From: Felis catus
Taxonomy: Eukaryota
Length of the DNA: 64,000 nt
Direction of reading: 5' to 3'
NCBI RefSeq assembly: GCF_018350175.1
Contig: NC_058368.1
Span: forward strand, 55,864,001 to 55,928,000
Shown here in pieces: positions 38,461-51,523 of this stretch. Each line of letters opens with the position of its first letter. Within the stretch, counting starts at the first letter, position 1. The position numbers and the translations under genes were made by a program. The notes under the pieces are model-generated. The model saw nothing but the letters and a program-made list of their open reading frames with translations. It did not search any database and had not been told where the DNA came from.

Positions 38461-40095
38461 TTGCATTTTATTTTTAATTTTGGCAATATTCAAATGTTAT
38501 TAACAATACTTTCTTTCTTAAATATTTAGATATACAAATATCTTAAATATGTAGATAATGCAAAAAATGCATTACCACCATAAACATGAAAGCTCTTTCA
38601 GAAATTCTGAAGAATATTTTCTCTAAAAAAAGCATATCTAATCTATTTATCTCTCTCAACTACCTACCTACCCATTTGAATTTAGAGATGCCAGTTTTTA
38701 AAATGCCAATTTTTAAATTTCAAATTATGTGCTAAAATATTACATTTTATATTTTATAGAAAAGTTCACCTAAACCTTCCATTTGCATAATGTGGGTATT
38801 TTAAACAGTATTTCAAAATGTTTAAATATGAAAAGACAAATGAAAATTAAATATTGTCCTAAAGTCACCAATGTTATTAACAATTCATTATTAATTATCA
38901 ACATTAAATTGATAGGAAACTATCAAGTGTATGACATTCTTTAGGTTAAAAGGTCAAGTTCATTACATTTATTAAAATTTAATGAATATTAAAACAAAAT
39001 CTAAATTAGCAGTTAGCATAATGATGTACAATATAACAATAAAAATTCAGGGAACAACTGTTTTCTTCACCCAACTTTAGTTTACTTGAAAAGAATTGCT
39101 ATTTAGTCACTTTCTTTTGTTCAAACAACTGTGCAGGACAAGTAATATTTTGCATTTTTTTCATAATAATAGTAGCAACAGACATCCATATAATGTTATT
39201 TTACGTTAAAGACTTGGTTTAAATCTGTTAATTAATAAGTTAATTAAATTACCAAATACTGCATTTGTTAAATGCAAGTCAACTCCTAATGCATGAAGTT
39301 GTTATTCTGTGTCATTTATAAAGACAAGTAGTTTTGATTTCTCATTAAGATTTACATTTTTTAAGCATTTTAATGTGCCAAATATCAGAAAGAATATAAG
39401 TTGCTTTAAAATATCTGTTAATGATGTTTCTAGAAAGTTTCTAGAATTTGACTTAAATAAAATCAGTTAAAGGTGAAATCTACAATTCCAATCTGTTGTA
39501 GTTTCAATTTAAGTGTGAAATGCATTACTTTAAGTTATAAATACTTTTGAAAAAAATGCCTAGAAATGAAACATCAGTAAATACTATTCTTATGAAATGA
39601 AACCATGCCTATCACTTGCTAAATAAGACCATATATATATGTAATCTCATGCGGGATGATATGATTTATGCATTTCTGCATACTATCTTATGGCCTCAAG
39701 AATGTGAAATTATTTAATATTAAAATATCCATTATTCCTGTTCATTGCCATTTTACCTTACCTTATTGGTCATGAAACTATAGCATAGGTTCACTAGCTT
39801 TTTCTATTCCTAGGGAAGATTTTCGTCACTTTATCAATATTAATTATTTTTCTTATAGGGAGTTTTGTTTGGAGTTTCTTGTATGGAATTTTGGATGATG
39901 CAAAGAAATATGTTAGAGATCTGATAAAAGAATGAGATAATTGGATGTGCATTATCCTGTATACTTGCTATTTGGATTGTGTCAGGAATCAGCTTTTACT
40001 CCAAGTTTTACCTAATTTTCTAATTCTTCTTTCACATATTTGCTTAAAAACCTTTTTGTTTTTACTGCATTCTTTTTTAGCACTTTGCTAACTAC

Positions 40096-40935
40096 TGTCG
40101 TAGACTCTAAGTCTAAAATTCTCTTTTATCTAGCAAAAGAGTGAACACAGGATTAAAAGGAGAGATGGCTAATGTCCAGGGAAAAAGACAAGAGCCCCGA
40201 ATAAGGGTCCTTGCCCCGTGCTTATTCCGATCAGAAGGCTTGCAAACGTGATGGTTGTGTACAAAGAGACAAAGAAACTAGGAACATTAACTTGTGGATG
40301 TGAGGGGGAAAAGGGTATTTAGAAGATATACAGTGTTTGGGGTTTGGGTCAATATAAAACAAAATCCAGGCGCCAGGCAGATGGGTAGATGGTTGTTAAT
40401 GGCAGACAGGAGGAGCCGTGCCTGTTTATCTTTGCCAGCCTAGAGGGTGAGACAGATAGGAGGAATACCCTCGGGGTGAACAAGACACCTTTTCTTTTGT
40501 TAACCATCTCAGCTCAGGGCTGCTTCTGCCTGCAGTGCAGTGGTCCAAAGTCCAATTCACCAATTTTTTTTTTTTTTTTTTTTTTTACCTAACCTGGCCC
40601 TATTCTCCTATGAAAGCAGCTTTCTGCTATAGTATTAAATTTGTGGTGCTTTCACCCTGAATATCTAATCTTGTTATTCCTAAGTATTGGGCACCTTTGT
40701 GCCAATTCTATTTCAGGCCTTTGCCTCTCTCTCTCTGTTTGGGGTTTCAGCACACCCTCTCTATTTTGGGGTGCCTTTGCACCTCCCTATTCTTGGTACC
40801 TTTGTGCCTCCCTATTCTTGGATTGCCAATCTGGTTACCCAAACTCGGGTGTGAGCATTTTATGATTCTGTATTTCTTTATACCTTGTTAACCCATTGGT
40901 GTAGGCCTGGGAGATTCCTAAGCTTATCCCCCACA
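40096..40935 (-). mobile_element. Solo LTR, 840 bp, class II (ERVK/betaretrovirus-like) candidate
   Basis: TG...CA termini; perfect 6-bp TSD AACTAC at 40090-40095 and 40936-40941; minus strand starts TGTGGGGGATAAG; orientation inferred. Confidence 0.85.
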
Positions 40936-43569
40936 AACTACAACCAATGCAAACCAATAGCCACTATAAACGTTTTCTTCTAGGATTGCTTAGTATCTGT
41001 GTGGTCTGCTTCCAAAATCATTACAGTTGATGGTTTACCAAGAGTTTTGCCAGTGTATACAATTAAAAACTTACTTTCTAGCTTAAAGTATTCATTTTTT
41101 AAAAAGTATTCAGTTTTTCCCTATCATCTGACTATTGACCAATATTTTAAGTATTTCCTGTAAAAGTACTCACCAGTGATATCTTCCTGCATTATTTAGG
41201 ATTTAGTAGAGAATTTGGGGGGTGAACTCTAAATGATTTACTGCAGGGTTTATTTTTAACTCATTTCTTATGTGCTTCGTATTTCAAACAGCCTTTTGCT
41301 TATATAGTTGCTTAAGTACTCTGGCTAATAAGGCCTCTAAAATTATGTAGCTATATCACATTGAAAATAATTTCTCTACCATCACTATGACAATTGAACA
41401 AGCTACCTAATTGTTTCTGGAACAAGTTCTGAAATGCATTTGCAGGAAATCATACACTCCACTTGCACTGAGTTTTTTGGGTACAATTAGTTGTATGGCC
41501 AACCAATTTCAAGATAAGGAGAAATGCAGAGGAACAAATGTACATTATATGAATAGTACATGTTTCTGCCACTTGAACCTTAGCTTAAAACCCACATGAC
41601 GAGAATAGAAGTATTGAGCTGGAAGAAGTCACTAGGGAGTTTCTCTGGAGATAATTGTCAGAGTGCTTTAAAAAGCACTGATTTGACTAGTGCATTACAA
41701 CTGTGTGTCAAGAACTTATTATTTTTAAGAAAAGTCCACAGTACTTGACATGTGTCTTTTGGATTTGGGGAACAAGAAAGACTGGCATTTGATGCTAGAA
41801 AAATACAGAGCTGAGAAGCTTTGGTTATTGACTAAAGTCTTCAGAATAGAAAGAAAAAAGTCATTATGAAAAGTAAGTGTACTTTCATTAAATGAGAAGA
41901 CAAAGGAAACAGTACAGTTTCAAATTGGTACACAGATAGTCTTTTTTGTGCTTATGCTATCATGTTATATTTTTATAAGAAAATGTTTACTTATCTAAAT
42001 TGTCAAATTTATTTTGTTAGGTGTATTCGTAATATCTCCCATATGTTACTTTGACCAATTCAGTTCCTCTTATTTATTACTAGTATTTGATATTTATCCA
42101 TAAGAAAAAAATGTCTAAATGGGAATAAATCATTTGCCTTGCATATTATGTCAGTAATATGACTTGGGAAATATTTGTGTAGGTGGTATTTTTGAAAGCA
42201 TCAATTTATGTTCCCCTACGAATTGATGAGAATTAATTTAAAGTACCTGTTTTCCAAAATATATCCTTAGAATATTGTTACTAAATGCTAAATTGATAAA
42301 TGCAATTTTTGTTCCTCAAAAATAATACATTTGATTTCAAGTGATGTTAAAACACTGTGTTTAATTAATTTTAATGCATATATATGTAGATACCACCTGA
42401 TAAATAACTGAGCTTGTGCTATTTCATTACTGATTTTAATTGCTTTAGAATCTATTATCTAATTTTTTTCAAGACTGTTCAATACTGTGTATATAGCATC
42501 ATTTTTGCTTGTTATATGTATTGTTTTTAACTTGAAAATAAATTAGTAAGTTTATATAATTAAATTTAAATCTTAACCATTTATAAAAATAATGTAAGTT
42601 TTTAGTCTTAAAATTCTTTGTACATGTGGTGTCTTCTGATTGGGCCGACTTAATGGCATAGAAGTGCTTTCACTTAACATGTGTCATTTTATTTATAACC
42701 AGGTTCTTAAGGCAGCACACTCAGAAGCATTAATAACGCATGCGGTGGAGCAGTGTATTTGTTTTCACAGGCTGAAATCAATTCACCTTGAAAGCACTGC
42801 TCATATAGGATGAATAACTCTGGAGATAAGAAGATCTATCCTATTAGCAATAAAAAAATAGCCTCAGTGAGTTATAAATTTAAAAGCAAGTGTGGTTGTT
42901 GGTATTCAGTGGCTCTATACATCTTAAACTGGTCCAGCTATTAGTATATGATGGAGTAAGATTCTTTTAGTGCCAGAGAGGCAACCTGGCACTGCTGGAT
43001 ATTAGTGCAAGAGAAGGGAAGTTACATCAGCCAGGTCCATCAGAACACTGAAGGGAAGACATATGAAATTATATTCATAGAGACTAAAATGCAATTTTTT
43101 TTAATTTGCCACTCAGAAATGAGCAACTCACAAATTTGATGCAATAAAAATAATTTTGCCTCCAAGGGAATAAGTATGCAGATTGTTTTTGGGAGCATTG
43201 AGGGATTTTTTAAATTTTTTTACTCTTTTTCACAGTCTGAATAGTCATGATCAAGATATTTATTCACTACTATCTTGACTATTTCAGCTGAAATATTACT
43301 GTGTCAACATGTATAGGTGGTCTTTTCTCTAAGCTAATGTAATTATTTTCCTGATTCCTTTCCCACTTTTGATTATTTCCCCAAAGGCAATAAAGGCATA
43401 CATTGGAAATTTTGTGTAACTCAAATGTAGTTCCCCAGTCTCCCTCCATCACCAAGATGTAGCATTAATAGCTGTGTAATCCATAATCCCTGCTATGTTT
43501 CTATGAAACATTTAGAAAGAAGGCCAAAATTATGATAAATTCTTATTTACATAAATATAAATACATTTT

Positions 43570-43896
43570 AAATTCCTTATCACAGTAAATATTCCAAAAT
43601 GGAAAGAAATTTTACAGTGAACACCACTTTGTAACCACCTAGATTCTATTATTAGCATGTTACAACACTTGTTTTAATGTTTATCAATCATCTATTTATC
43701 AATGATTTGTTTTATCATCTATCAATATAACTTACTTTTTGATACATTCAAAAGTGAATTGCATTCATAAGTACATTTTTAAAAAAATTTTCATTATAGA
43801 TACAGTTTGCTAAAACTTAGGTTTTGATGTTCATTGTAATATTTGTAATTAAATGTACTGTGCTTTGACTAATGCATGTACCTATATGTCAAAGCC
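43570..43896 (-). mobile_element. Ancient L1 3'UTR remnant
   Basis: TACAGTGAACACC...ACCACCTAGATTC motif typical of old L1M 3' ends in antisense. Confidence 0.55.
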
Positions 43897-44372
43897 TGTC
43901 AAAGGTCTCATATTTTATCCTAGTTTCAGGACCACAGGTTTAGCAGATGCTAGTAAAAACATGAAACTCGTTATTTAGAAAAAAAGAACTGTTTATTACT
44001 CAGAGTAATACCAATATCCAGAGTAACATTATTTGCACTTGTTCCCTGAACACAAATTCCCAAGTGGAAGGACATTGAAGGCTAGGTGACTCTTGCCCAC
44101 ACAATGAGAGAAACCCTAAACTAAGGAAACCTCAGACTTTGAAGGGACTGCTAGTAAAGTTTTGCCAGTGTGTGCCACAGATAGTTTGTTATTACGCTGG
44201 AAAGAAAACAAATCTACTCCCTTCTCTGGAGAGAGATATTATCTCTGTTGTCCAAGACTGTTTGCTATGCAAACATCTTAGAAAAGATAGTATAGAACAA
44301 AGCATCACCAATAGTTTTGCTTAGAAAGTATGCAGAAATGGGAGAGACCCAAGGAAGATTGACTCTTTATAA
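43897..44372 (-). mobile_element. Old LTR (MER54/MER73/MER74-group-like)
   Basis: Minus-strand start ...GAGTCAATCTTCCTTGGGTCTCTCCCATTTCTGCA, AATAAA at ~43992-43997, CA end; family from recall. Confidence 0.7.
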
Positions 44373-44422
44373 TACTTAATCCTTGGTTCTTCACTATATT
44401 GAATATATCTATATCTACATCT

Positions 44423-44464
44423 ATCTAATCTAATCTAATCTAATCTAATCCAATCTAATCTAAT
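44423..44464. repeat. (CTAAT)n pentanucleotide microsatellite
   Basis: About 8 tandem copies. Confidence 0.9.
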
Positions 44465-44589
44465 ATATGTGCCCATACCACTTATCAACCATTCCAGTCA
44501 ACCTGACCAACATGATCTGAGCTTTAATTAAAAAAAAAACAAAAAAAACCTTTTGATTTGTGTTATGCACAATTTAATTAAGTCAATTG

Positions 44590-44910
44590 TCAGTAAGTCT
44601 AAACACAGCAGATGGAGTCCAGTTTTGACCTTAGCTGTGCTCCTTAGAATCCCAGATGAAAAAAATCCCATAAACGATAAAGACCTACCTTAATAGGCTA
44701 GGTGGTTTCTCCTTAAGTTTCTGTATGAATTTTTCCATTTGCCACAAGCCTATGATCCAGGTATGGTGTTAAGTATTAGTAATTACACAGACTTCACCTT
44801 GACCACAGAGAGTAAGTGTAGGGTGCTTCCATCATGTATAACGACTCTGGCCAGTAAATTGAGGCTGATTTGAATGCCTTCCAGGATGAGGTGGTTTTAT
44901 TTAAACACAT
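44590..44910 (-). pseudogene. env: Second retroviral env TM remnant upstream of the LTR
   Basis: GIQISLNLLARVVIHDGSTLHLL, frameshift, then GQGEVCVITNT*HHTWI..LWQMEKFIQKLKEK, matching the gamma-type TM heptad/ISD layout. Confidence 0.7.
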
Positions 44911-46876
44911 TCAGTTCTTTTATCATTACTTCTTAAATGTGAGTCACTATAATTTGGAAAGGGAAAGAGTGAAATCATGAGTTCCACAAAAGAAGTACAA
45001 TCCTAAATATTATACATGGTATAGTTGGAAAGAAAGTGTTTGCAATATTTGGAGTTCCAAGTAAGACCTATGTCATATTTGTAAGGCAAGGGTCCTAAAG
45101 ATGCCTTCACTTCTATAAATCAGCCACTGTTCAAGACTCGACTGTCATGGCAGATTTACATTTCCTTTCCTGTCATTGCCATTTCAGCTTACGTATGTGT
45201 AGCTGAGATGCCATAAGCCTTGGTGGCTTCTTTAGGACAGATGTCTAGGAAAGGCAGGTTTTGTTTAAAGGAGAAGCCTAGACACAGATGCAGAGAGGTC
45301 ATGGTGTCTCAATTCTGAAGCAGTCCCACTGCTTCTCCAAAATGTCTCCAACCTGCTGTACGTCAGCACAGACTTTGAACCAAAGGTGACTTAAAACAGA
45401 AAAGATAGAATAAAGGATTATCAGAAAGAGAATGAGAAGCAGCAGCAGCAGAAACAGCAGCAACTTAGGAATCAGCTTGAATTGGAATTAAGTATGTAAT
45501 TTTTAAAAATACAAAACATCTAAGATATTCATTGGAAGGACTATTTGTACCCATTAATATAGATCCTCCTTTATTTTATAACTTTTGTATAGTTTTCCAC
45601 ATGGATGTTCTGAATATATTAGAGTTATATATAATAAATCTTCCAGTGAGGGATTGTAAAATATATTATTTAATATTCAGATTCCAATTATTTACTACTT
45701 TTATATGGGAAAGCAATTTAGATTTATACACTGTGGCAAGGTAAGCTCACATGTGATTCTAGCTTTTTGGGTTTTGTTGTTGTTGTTGTTGATTCTCTGA
45801 AATTTTCTCCATTGGCAATCATGTTTCTGCAAATTAAGACTATTCTATTTTTTTTCTTTCCAATGTATGTACATGTCTTTATTCTGTTCTTTGCTTTATG
45901 GCATTTCCTAGTAATTCCAGTATGACATCAAATAGAAATAATTTGAGGTGAAATATCTGCCATGTTTCTAGTCATAGTGAGAAAAGATTTAATCTCTTAC
46001 TCTTAAGTATGATATTAGAGTGTAGATTTTTCCAATAGATTTATTAGAATTAATAAATTTATATTTTATTCCCTAATTTGTTGAAGTTTTTATCATGAAA
46101 GGATATTGAACTTTGTCTAATTATTTTTCTTCACATATTAATTTACTCATATATTTTTTCTTTATAATCTGTTAAGTGGTAAATTACACTGATTTCCAAA
46201 TGTTGAAATAGCTTTGTATGCCTGTGATAATTTAATATAAAATAATATATTTCTCTTTGAAATAGATTTGAAAGGATTTGTATGTCCACATTTACAAAAA
46301 ATATGGATGTGTAATTTATTTGCTTATCATTTTTTTCTAGTTTTGGTATTAGCATAAAGGTGGCTTCATAAACTTTTGGAAAGTATTTTCTCCTCTCAAT
46401 ATTTAGAAAAAATTGAGTAGAATCATTACTATTTATTCCTTAAATATTTGGCAAAATGTATTAGTGAAACTAATTAGGGTCAAAAGTTTCTTGGAATATT
46501 TTAAACTACAAATATCATTTGTTTATTACACATAGAGATATTCAGGTTATCTATTTCTCTTTGAGTGTGCTTTTTTAGTTTGTGTCTTTCAAAGAGTCAT
46601 TTTCTTCTAAGCTACCAGTTATGGACATAGACCTTTGTAATATTCATTTATTATACTTTTAGTTTTGTAAGACAGTAGTGATGTCCATTTTTGATGTTGA
46701 TATTTTTCCTTATCTCTTTTTTCTTGGTTTACCTTAGAGATTTATTAATTTTTATTGAACTTTTTCAAGAACCAGCTTGTTTTCATTGATTATGAAATCA
46801 ATCAATCATATATATTTTACATATGCATATATAACATATACATACAGGCATAAACATATGTTATGTAAACATACAT

Positions 46877-48258
46877 ACTCCAAAAATTACTAGAACTGAT
46901 ACACAAATTCAGCAAGGTTACAGGATTTAAAATCAATGTACAGAAATCTGTTGCATTTCTATACACCAATAATGAAGAAGAAGAAATAGAAATCAAGGAG
47001 TCAATCCCATTTACAATTGCACCAAAAACCATAAGATACCTAGGAATAAACTTAACCAAAGAGGTAAAAGATCTATAGATCACTTATGAAAGAAATTGAA
47101 GAGGGCACAAAGAAATGGAAAAACATTCCATGCTCATCAGTTGGAAGAACAGATATTTTTCAAATGTCTATACTGCCCAAATCAATCTATGCATTTAATG
47201 CAACCCCCATCAAAATAACACCAGCGTTCCTCACAGAGATACAACAAAAGATCCTAAAATTTGTATGGAACCACAAAAGACCAGAATAGCCATACCAGCC
47301 TTGAAAAAGAAAAGCAAACCTGGAGGCATCACAATTCCAGACTTCCAAGTTATATGACAAAGCTGTAGTCTTCAAGACAGTATGGTCCTGGCACAAAAAC
47401 AGATCCACAGATCAATGGAACAGAGTAGAAAACCCAGAAATGGACCCACACGTATATGTACATCAAATCTTCAGCAACGCAGGAAAGAACATCCAGTGTG
47501 AAAGACAGTCTCTTCAACAAATGGTGTTGGGAAAACTGGACAGTAACATGCAGAAGAATGAAATTGGACCATTTTCTTTACTAATCACAGAAATAAATTC
47601 AAAATGGATGAAAAACCTAAATGTGAGATAGGAAACCATCAAAATCCTAGAGAATACAGGCAGCAACCTCTTTGACCTCGGCCAGAGCAAATTCTTACTA
47701 GACATGTCTCCTGAGGCAAGGGAAACAAAAGCAAACATGAGCTATTGGGACTTTATCAAGATAAAAAGCTTCTGTGCAGGAAGGAAACAATAAAAAAAAC
47801 TAAAAGACAACCAATGGAATGAGAGAAGATATTTGCAAATGATATATCTGATAAAGGGTTAATATCCAAAATGTATAAAGCACTTAGCAAATTCAGTACC
47901 CAAAAAATAATCCAGTGAAGAAATTGGCAGAAGACAGGGTGCCTGAGTGGCTCAGTCGATTAAGTGTTCGCTTTCTGCTCAGGTCATGATCTCACCATTT
48001 GTGGGTTTGAGCCCCACATCAGACTTTGTGCTGACAGCTCAGAGCCTGGAGTCTCTTCAGATTCTGTGTCTCCTGTCTCTCTCTCTCTGCCCCCCCACCC
48101 CCACCCGACTCATGCTCGCTTGTTCTCTCTCTCCCTCTCTCTCTCAAAAATGAATAAACGTTAAAAAAAATTAAAAGAAATGGGTGGAAGACATGAAAAT
48201 TTTTCCAAAGAAGACATCCAGATGGCTAATAGACACACGAAAAGATGTTCAACATCAA
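46877..48258 (+). mobile_element. Carnivore LINE-1 ORF2 internal fragment, truncated at both ends
   Basis: [27 protein letters not shown] through MANRH.KRCSTS; no 3'UTR, tail or TSD. Confidence 0.92.
47937..48174 (+). mobile_element. CanSINE inserted in L1
   Basis: TSD AAGAAATTGGCAGAAGACA (47918-47936) and AAGAAATGGGTGGAAGACA (48175-48193). Confidence 0.94.
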
Positions 48259-49071
48259 TTGAGAGAGAGTATTAAAATTTCCAACTATAATTGTGTATTT
48301 AAGTTTCCTCTCAGATATCAGTTTTTGCCTCCTATGCTTTGAAGCTATGTTGCTAAATTTGTATTCTTTTGGGATTACTTTGTCTTTTTGGAGAATTGGC
48401 TGCTTTCTTATAATGGGATGTCCCTCTTTAGGCCAATGATCTTCCTTGTTTTGAGGTCTGTTTTGTCTCAAATTGGTATAGTCATCCTAGTTTTTAGTTA
48501 AGAGTTTGCATGCTATATCTCTTTTCATATCTTTGTTGTAACTCACCTTATGTCCTGCTATTTAAATGGGTTGCTTTAAGGAAGGTCCTACATTTTTATC
48601 CATTGGGACAAGTATTGTGTTTTATATGGTATATTTAGATTGCTTACATTTAAAATAATTACAGGTATGGTTAGATTGTAATCTGCCACGTTGTTATCAG
48701 TTTTCTTTTCCATTTGTTTTTTGTGACATTTTTCTTCTTATTCTGCCCTTTCTCATTTTAATTGAATTTTTTTTGGGATTCTACATTTTCTTGTCTATTT
48801 ATCATCATTGCCTTTTAAAGAATTTTTACAATACTGTGTAAAAATAATCAGTTTAAATTGATTTCTTCCTACTTCATACTTAAGGTCCTTATAATAGTAT
48901 ATTCCTATTTTTCCCTATAATCCCATGTCATTTTTCTTTTCCATACACCATAAACACCCAATACATTTGTACTATTATTGTTTTAAATATCCAGTTATCT
49001 TTTAGAACAAGAAAAGTAAGAAGAATATCCCCTTCTTTTATGCCATTTCTATTTTGTTCATTTCATTCTTT

Positions 49072-50624
49072 TTTTTAAGTTTTTTTTTTTTAATTTCAGT
49101 TAGCATATGTGTAATATCAGTTTCACGTATACAATATAGTGATTCAACATTGCCATACAATACCTGGTGCTCATCACAGCAAATTCACTCCTTAATTCCC
49201 ATCACCTATTTAACCCATTCCTCAACCCACCTTCCCTCTGGTATCATCAATTTGTTCTCTGTAGTTAAGAGTCCGTTTCTTGGTTTGCCTCTCTCTCTCT
49301 CTCTTCTTTTTCCCTTTGCTTGTTTGTTTTGTTTCTTCAATTCCATATCTGAATGAAATCATATGGTATTTGTCTTTCTCTGACTGACTTATTGCACTTA
49401 GCATAATACTCATAGCTCCATCCATGTCGTTGCAAATGGCTGACAATATTCCATTTTCTGTGTGTGCATATATGTGTATGTGTGTGTGTGTTTGTTTATT
49501 CATCAGTCAGTGGATACTTTGGCTGTTTCCATAGTTTGGCTATTGCAGATAATGCTGGTATAAATTGGAGTGCATGTGTCCCTTTGAATTATTATTTTTG
49601 TATTCTTTGAGTAAATTCCTAGTAATGCAATTGCTTGTTGGTAGGATAGTTCTATTCTAACTTTTTGCTGTTTTCCACAGTTGCTGCGCCAGTTTGTATT
49701 CCCACCAACAGTGCAAGAGTGTTCCCCTGTCTTTAATCCTTGCCAACACCTGTTGTTTCTTGTATTATTGATTTTAGCCTTTCTGACTCTTGTGAGGGGA
49801 TATCTCATTGTAGTTTTGATTTGTATTTCCCTGATGATGAGTGATGCTGAGCGTCTCTTCATGTGTCTGTTGGCCATCTGGATGTCTTCTTTGGAAAAAT
49901 GTCAGTTCATAGCTTCTGACCACTTTTATTTGGATTATTCATTTTTGGGGTGTTTAGTTTTATAAGTTTATGTATTTTAGATACTAACCCTTATCAGACA
50001 TGTCGTTTGTAAATATCTTCTCCCATTTTTTAGGTTGCCTTTTAGTTTTGTTGTTTCCTTTGCTGGACAGAAGCTTTTTATTTTGATGAAATCCCAATAA
50101 TTTATTTTTGCTTTTGTTTCCCTTGCCTCTGGAAACATGTGTAGTAAGAAGTTGCTCCAGCCAATGTCATAGAAATTGTTGCCTGTGATCTCCTCTAGGA
50201 TTTTGATGGTTTCCTGTATCAAATTTAGGTCTTTCAACCACTTTGAATTTATTTTGTTTATGCTATAAGAAAGTGGCCCAATTTCATCCTTCTTCATGTT
50301 GCTGGCCAGTTTTCCCAACACCATTTGTTGAAGAAACTTTCTTTGTTTTCCATTGAATATTCTTTCCTGCGTTGTCGAAGATTAATTAACCATATAGTTG
50401 TAGGTTCATTTCTGGACTTTCTACTCTGTTCTATTAATCCATGTGTCTATTTTTGTGCCAGTAGCATACTGTTTTGATCACTTGATCACTACAGCTTGGT
50501 AATATATCTTGAAGTCTGGAATTGTGATGCCTCCAGCTTTGCTTTTATTTTTCAAGGTTGGTTTGGCTATTCTGGTGTTCTGTGTTTCCATACAAATTTT
50601 AGGATTGTTTGTTCTAATTCTATG
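49072..50624 (-). mobile_element. 5'-truncated carnivore LINE-1
   Basis: T tail, 3'UTR, ORF2 C-terminus ([19 protein letters not shown]); TSD CATTTC(A/T)TTCTTT at 49059-49071 and 50625-50637. Confidence 0.93.
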
Positions 50625-50979
50625 CATTTCTTTCTTTAGATTCCAGTTTCTGACCTTTAAAATAATCCTGTTGTCTGCAGAACTTTTTAACATTTGCTGA
50701 GCAGGTATCCTGGCATTTAACTCCTGCATTTTGTTCATCTAAGAAAGTATTTATTTTTCCTTTACTTTTGAAGAATATTTTCACTGGCGATGGAATTCCA
50801 AGTAGGCATAGTTTTTCCTCTTAACACTTTGAAGATGCCACTTTCCTCTATACTTGTTTATGTGATTTCTGACGAGAAGTTGACTGTAATTCTAATCTTT
50901 GTTTTTCCGTAAGTAGGATTTTTATCTTTGAGATTTTTCTTTTTATCTGTGATTTTAGCAGTTTGGGTATGATATGCCT

Positions 50980-50981
<2 letters not shown>

Positions 50982-51025
<44 letters not shown>
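50982..51025. repeat. (GT)n microsatellite
   Basis: About 22 perfect units. Confidence 0.97.
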
Positions 51026-51027
<2 letters not shown>

Positions 51028-51226
51028 GACTTCATCCTTTGTGTTTTCTGACCTTTCTTGGATTTGTGGCTTGGTCTTTGCCATGAAATTTGGAAGGTAT
51101 CAATTGTTATCACTTCACAAAAGTCTTTTGCACCATTCTTTCTGTCTTCTCTTTCTTGAATTCCAGTTATATGCATTCTGCAGTGTTTGATATTTTCCCA
51201 TAGCTTTTGACTGCTCTGTTAGGTTA

Positions 51227-51230
<4 letters not shown>

Positions 51231-51282
<52 letters not shown>
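51231..51282. repeat. (TG)n microsatellite
   Basis: About 26 perfect units. Confidence 0.97.
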
Positions 51283-51289
<7 letters not shown>

Positions 51290-51523
51290 TTTTGGAAGAG
51301 TAATTTCTCTTCATGTATCACTAAGTTCACTGATTTTTTTCTTGATTGTGTCTGGTCTACTAATAGACCCATAAAACACATTTTTCATTTCTGTTACTTT
51401 GATTTGTAACATTCCATTTGATTCTTTCTTAAAATATCCATTTTCACCGGATATCCATCTGATCTTATATTTAATGTTCGTTTTCTATTAAATCCATTAA
51501 AATATAATCCATTGTTATTTTTA

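Noticed and set aside
46877..50624. The sense (46877-48258) and antisense (49072-50624) L1s as one twin-primed element
   Set aside because: They overlap in consensus coordinates, are separated by ~800 bp of older L1, and the antisense copy has its own TSD
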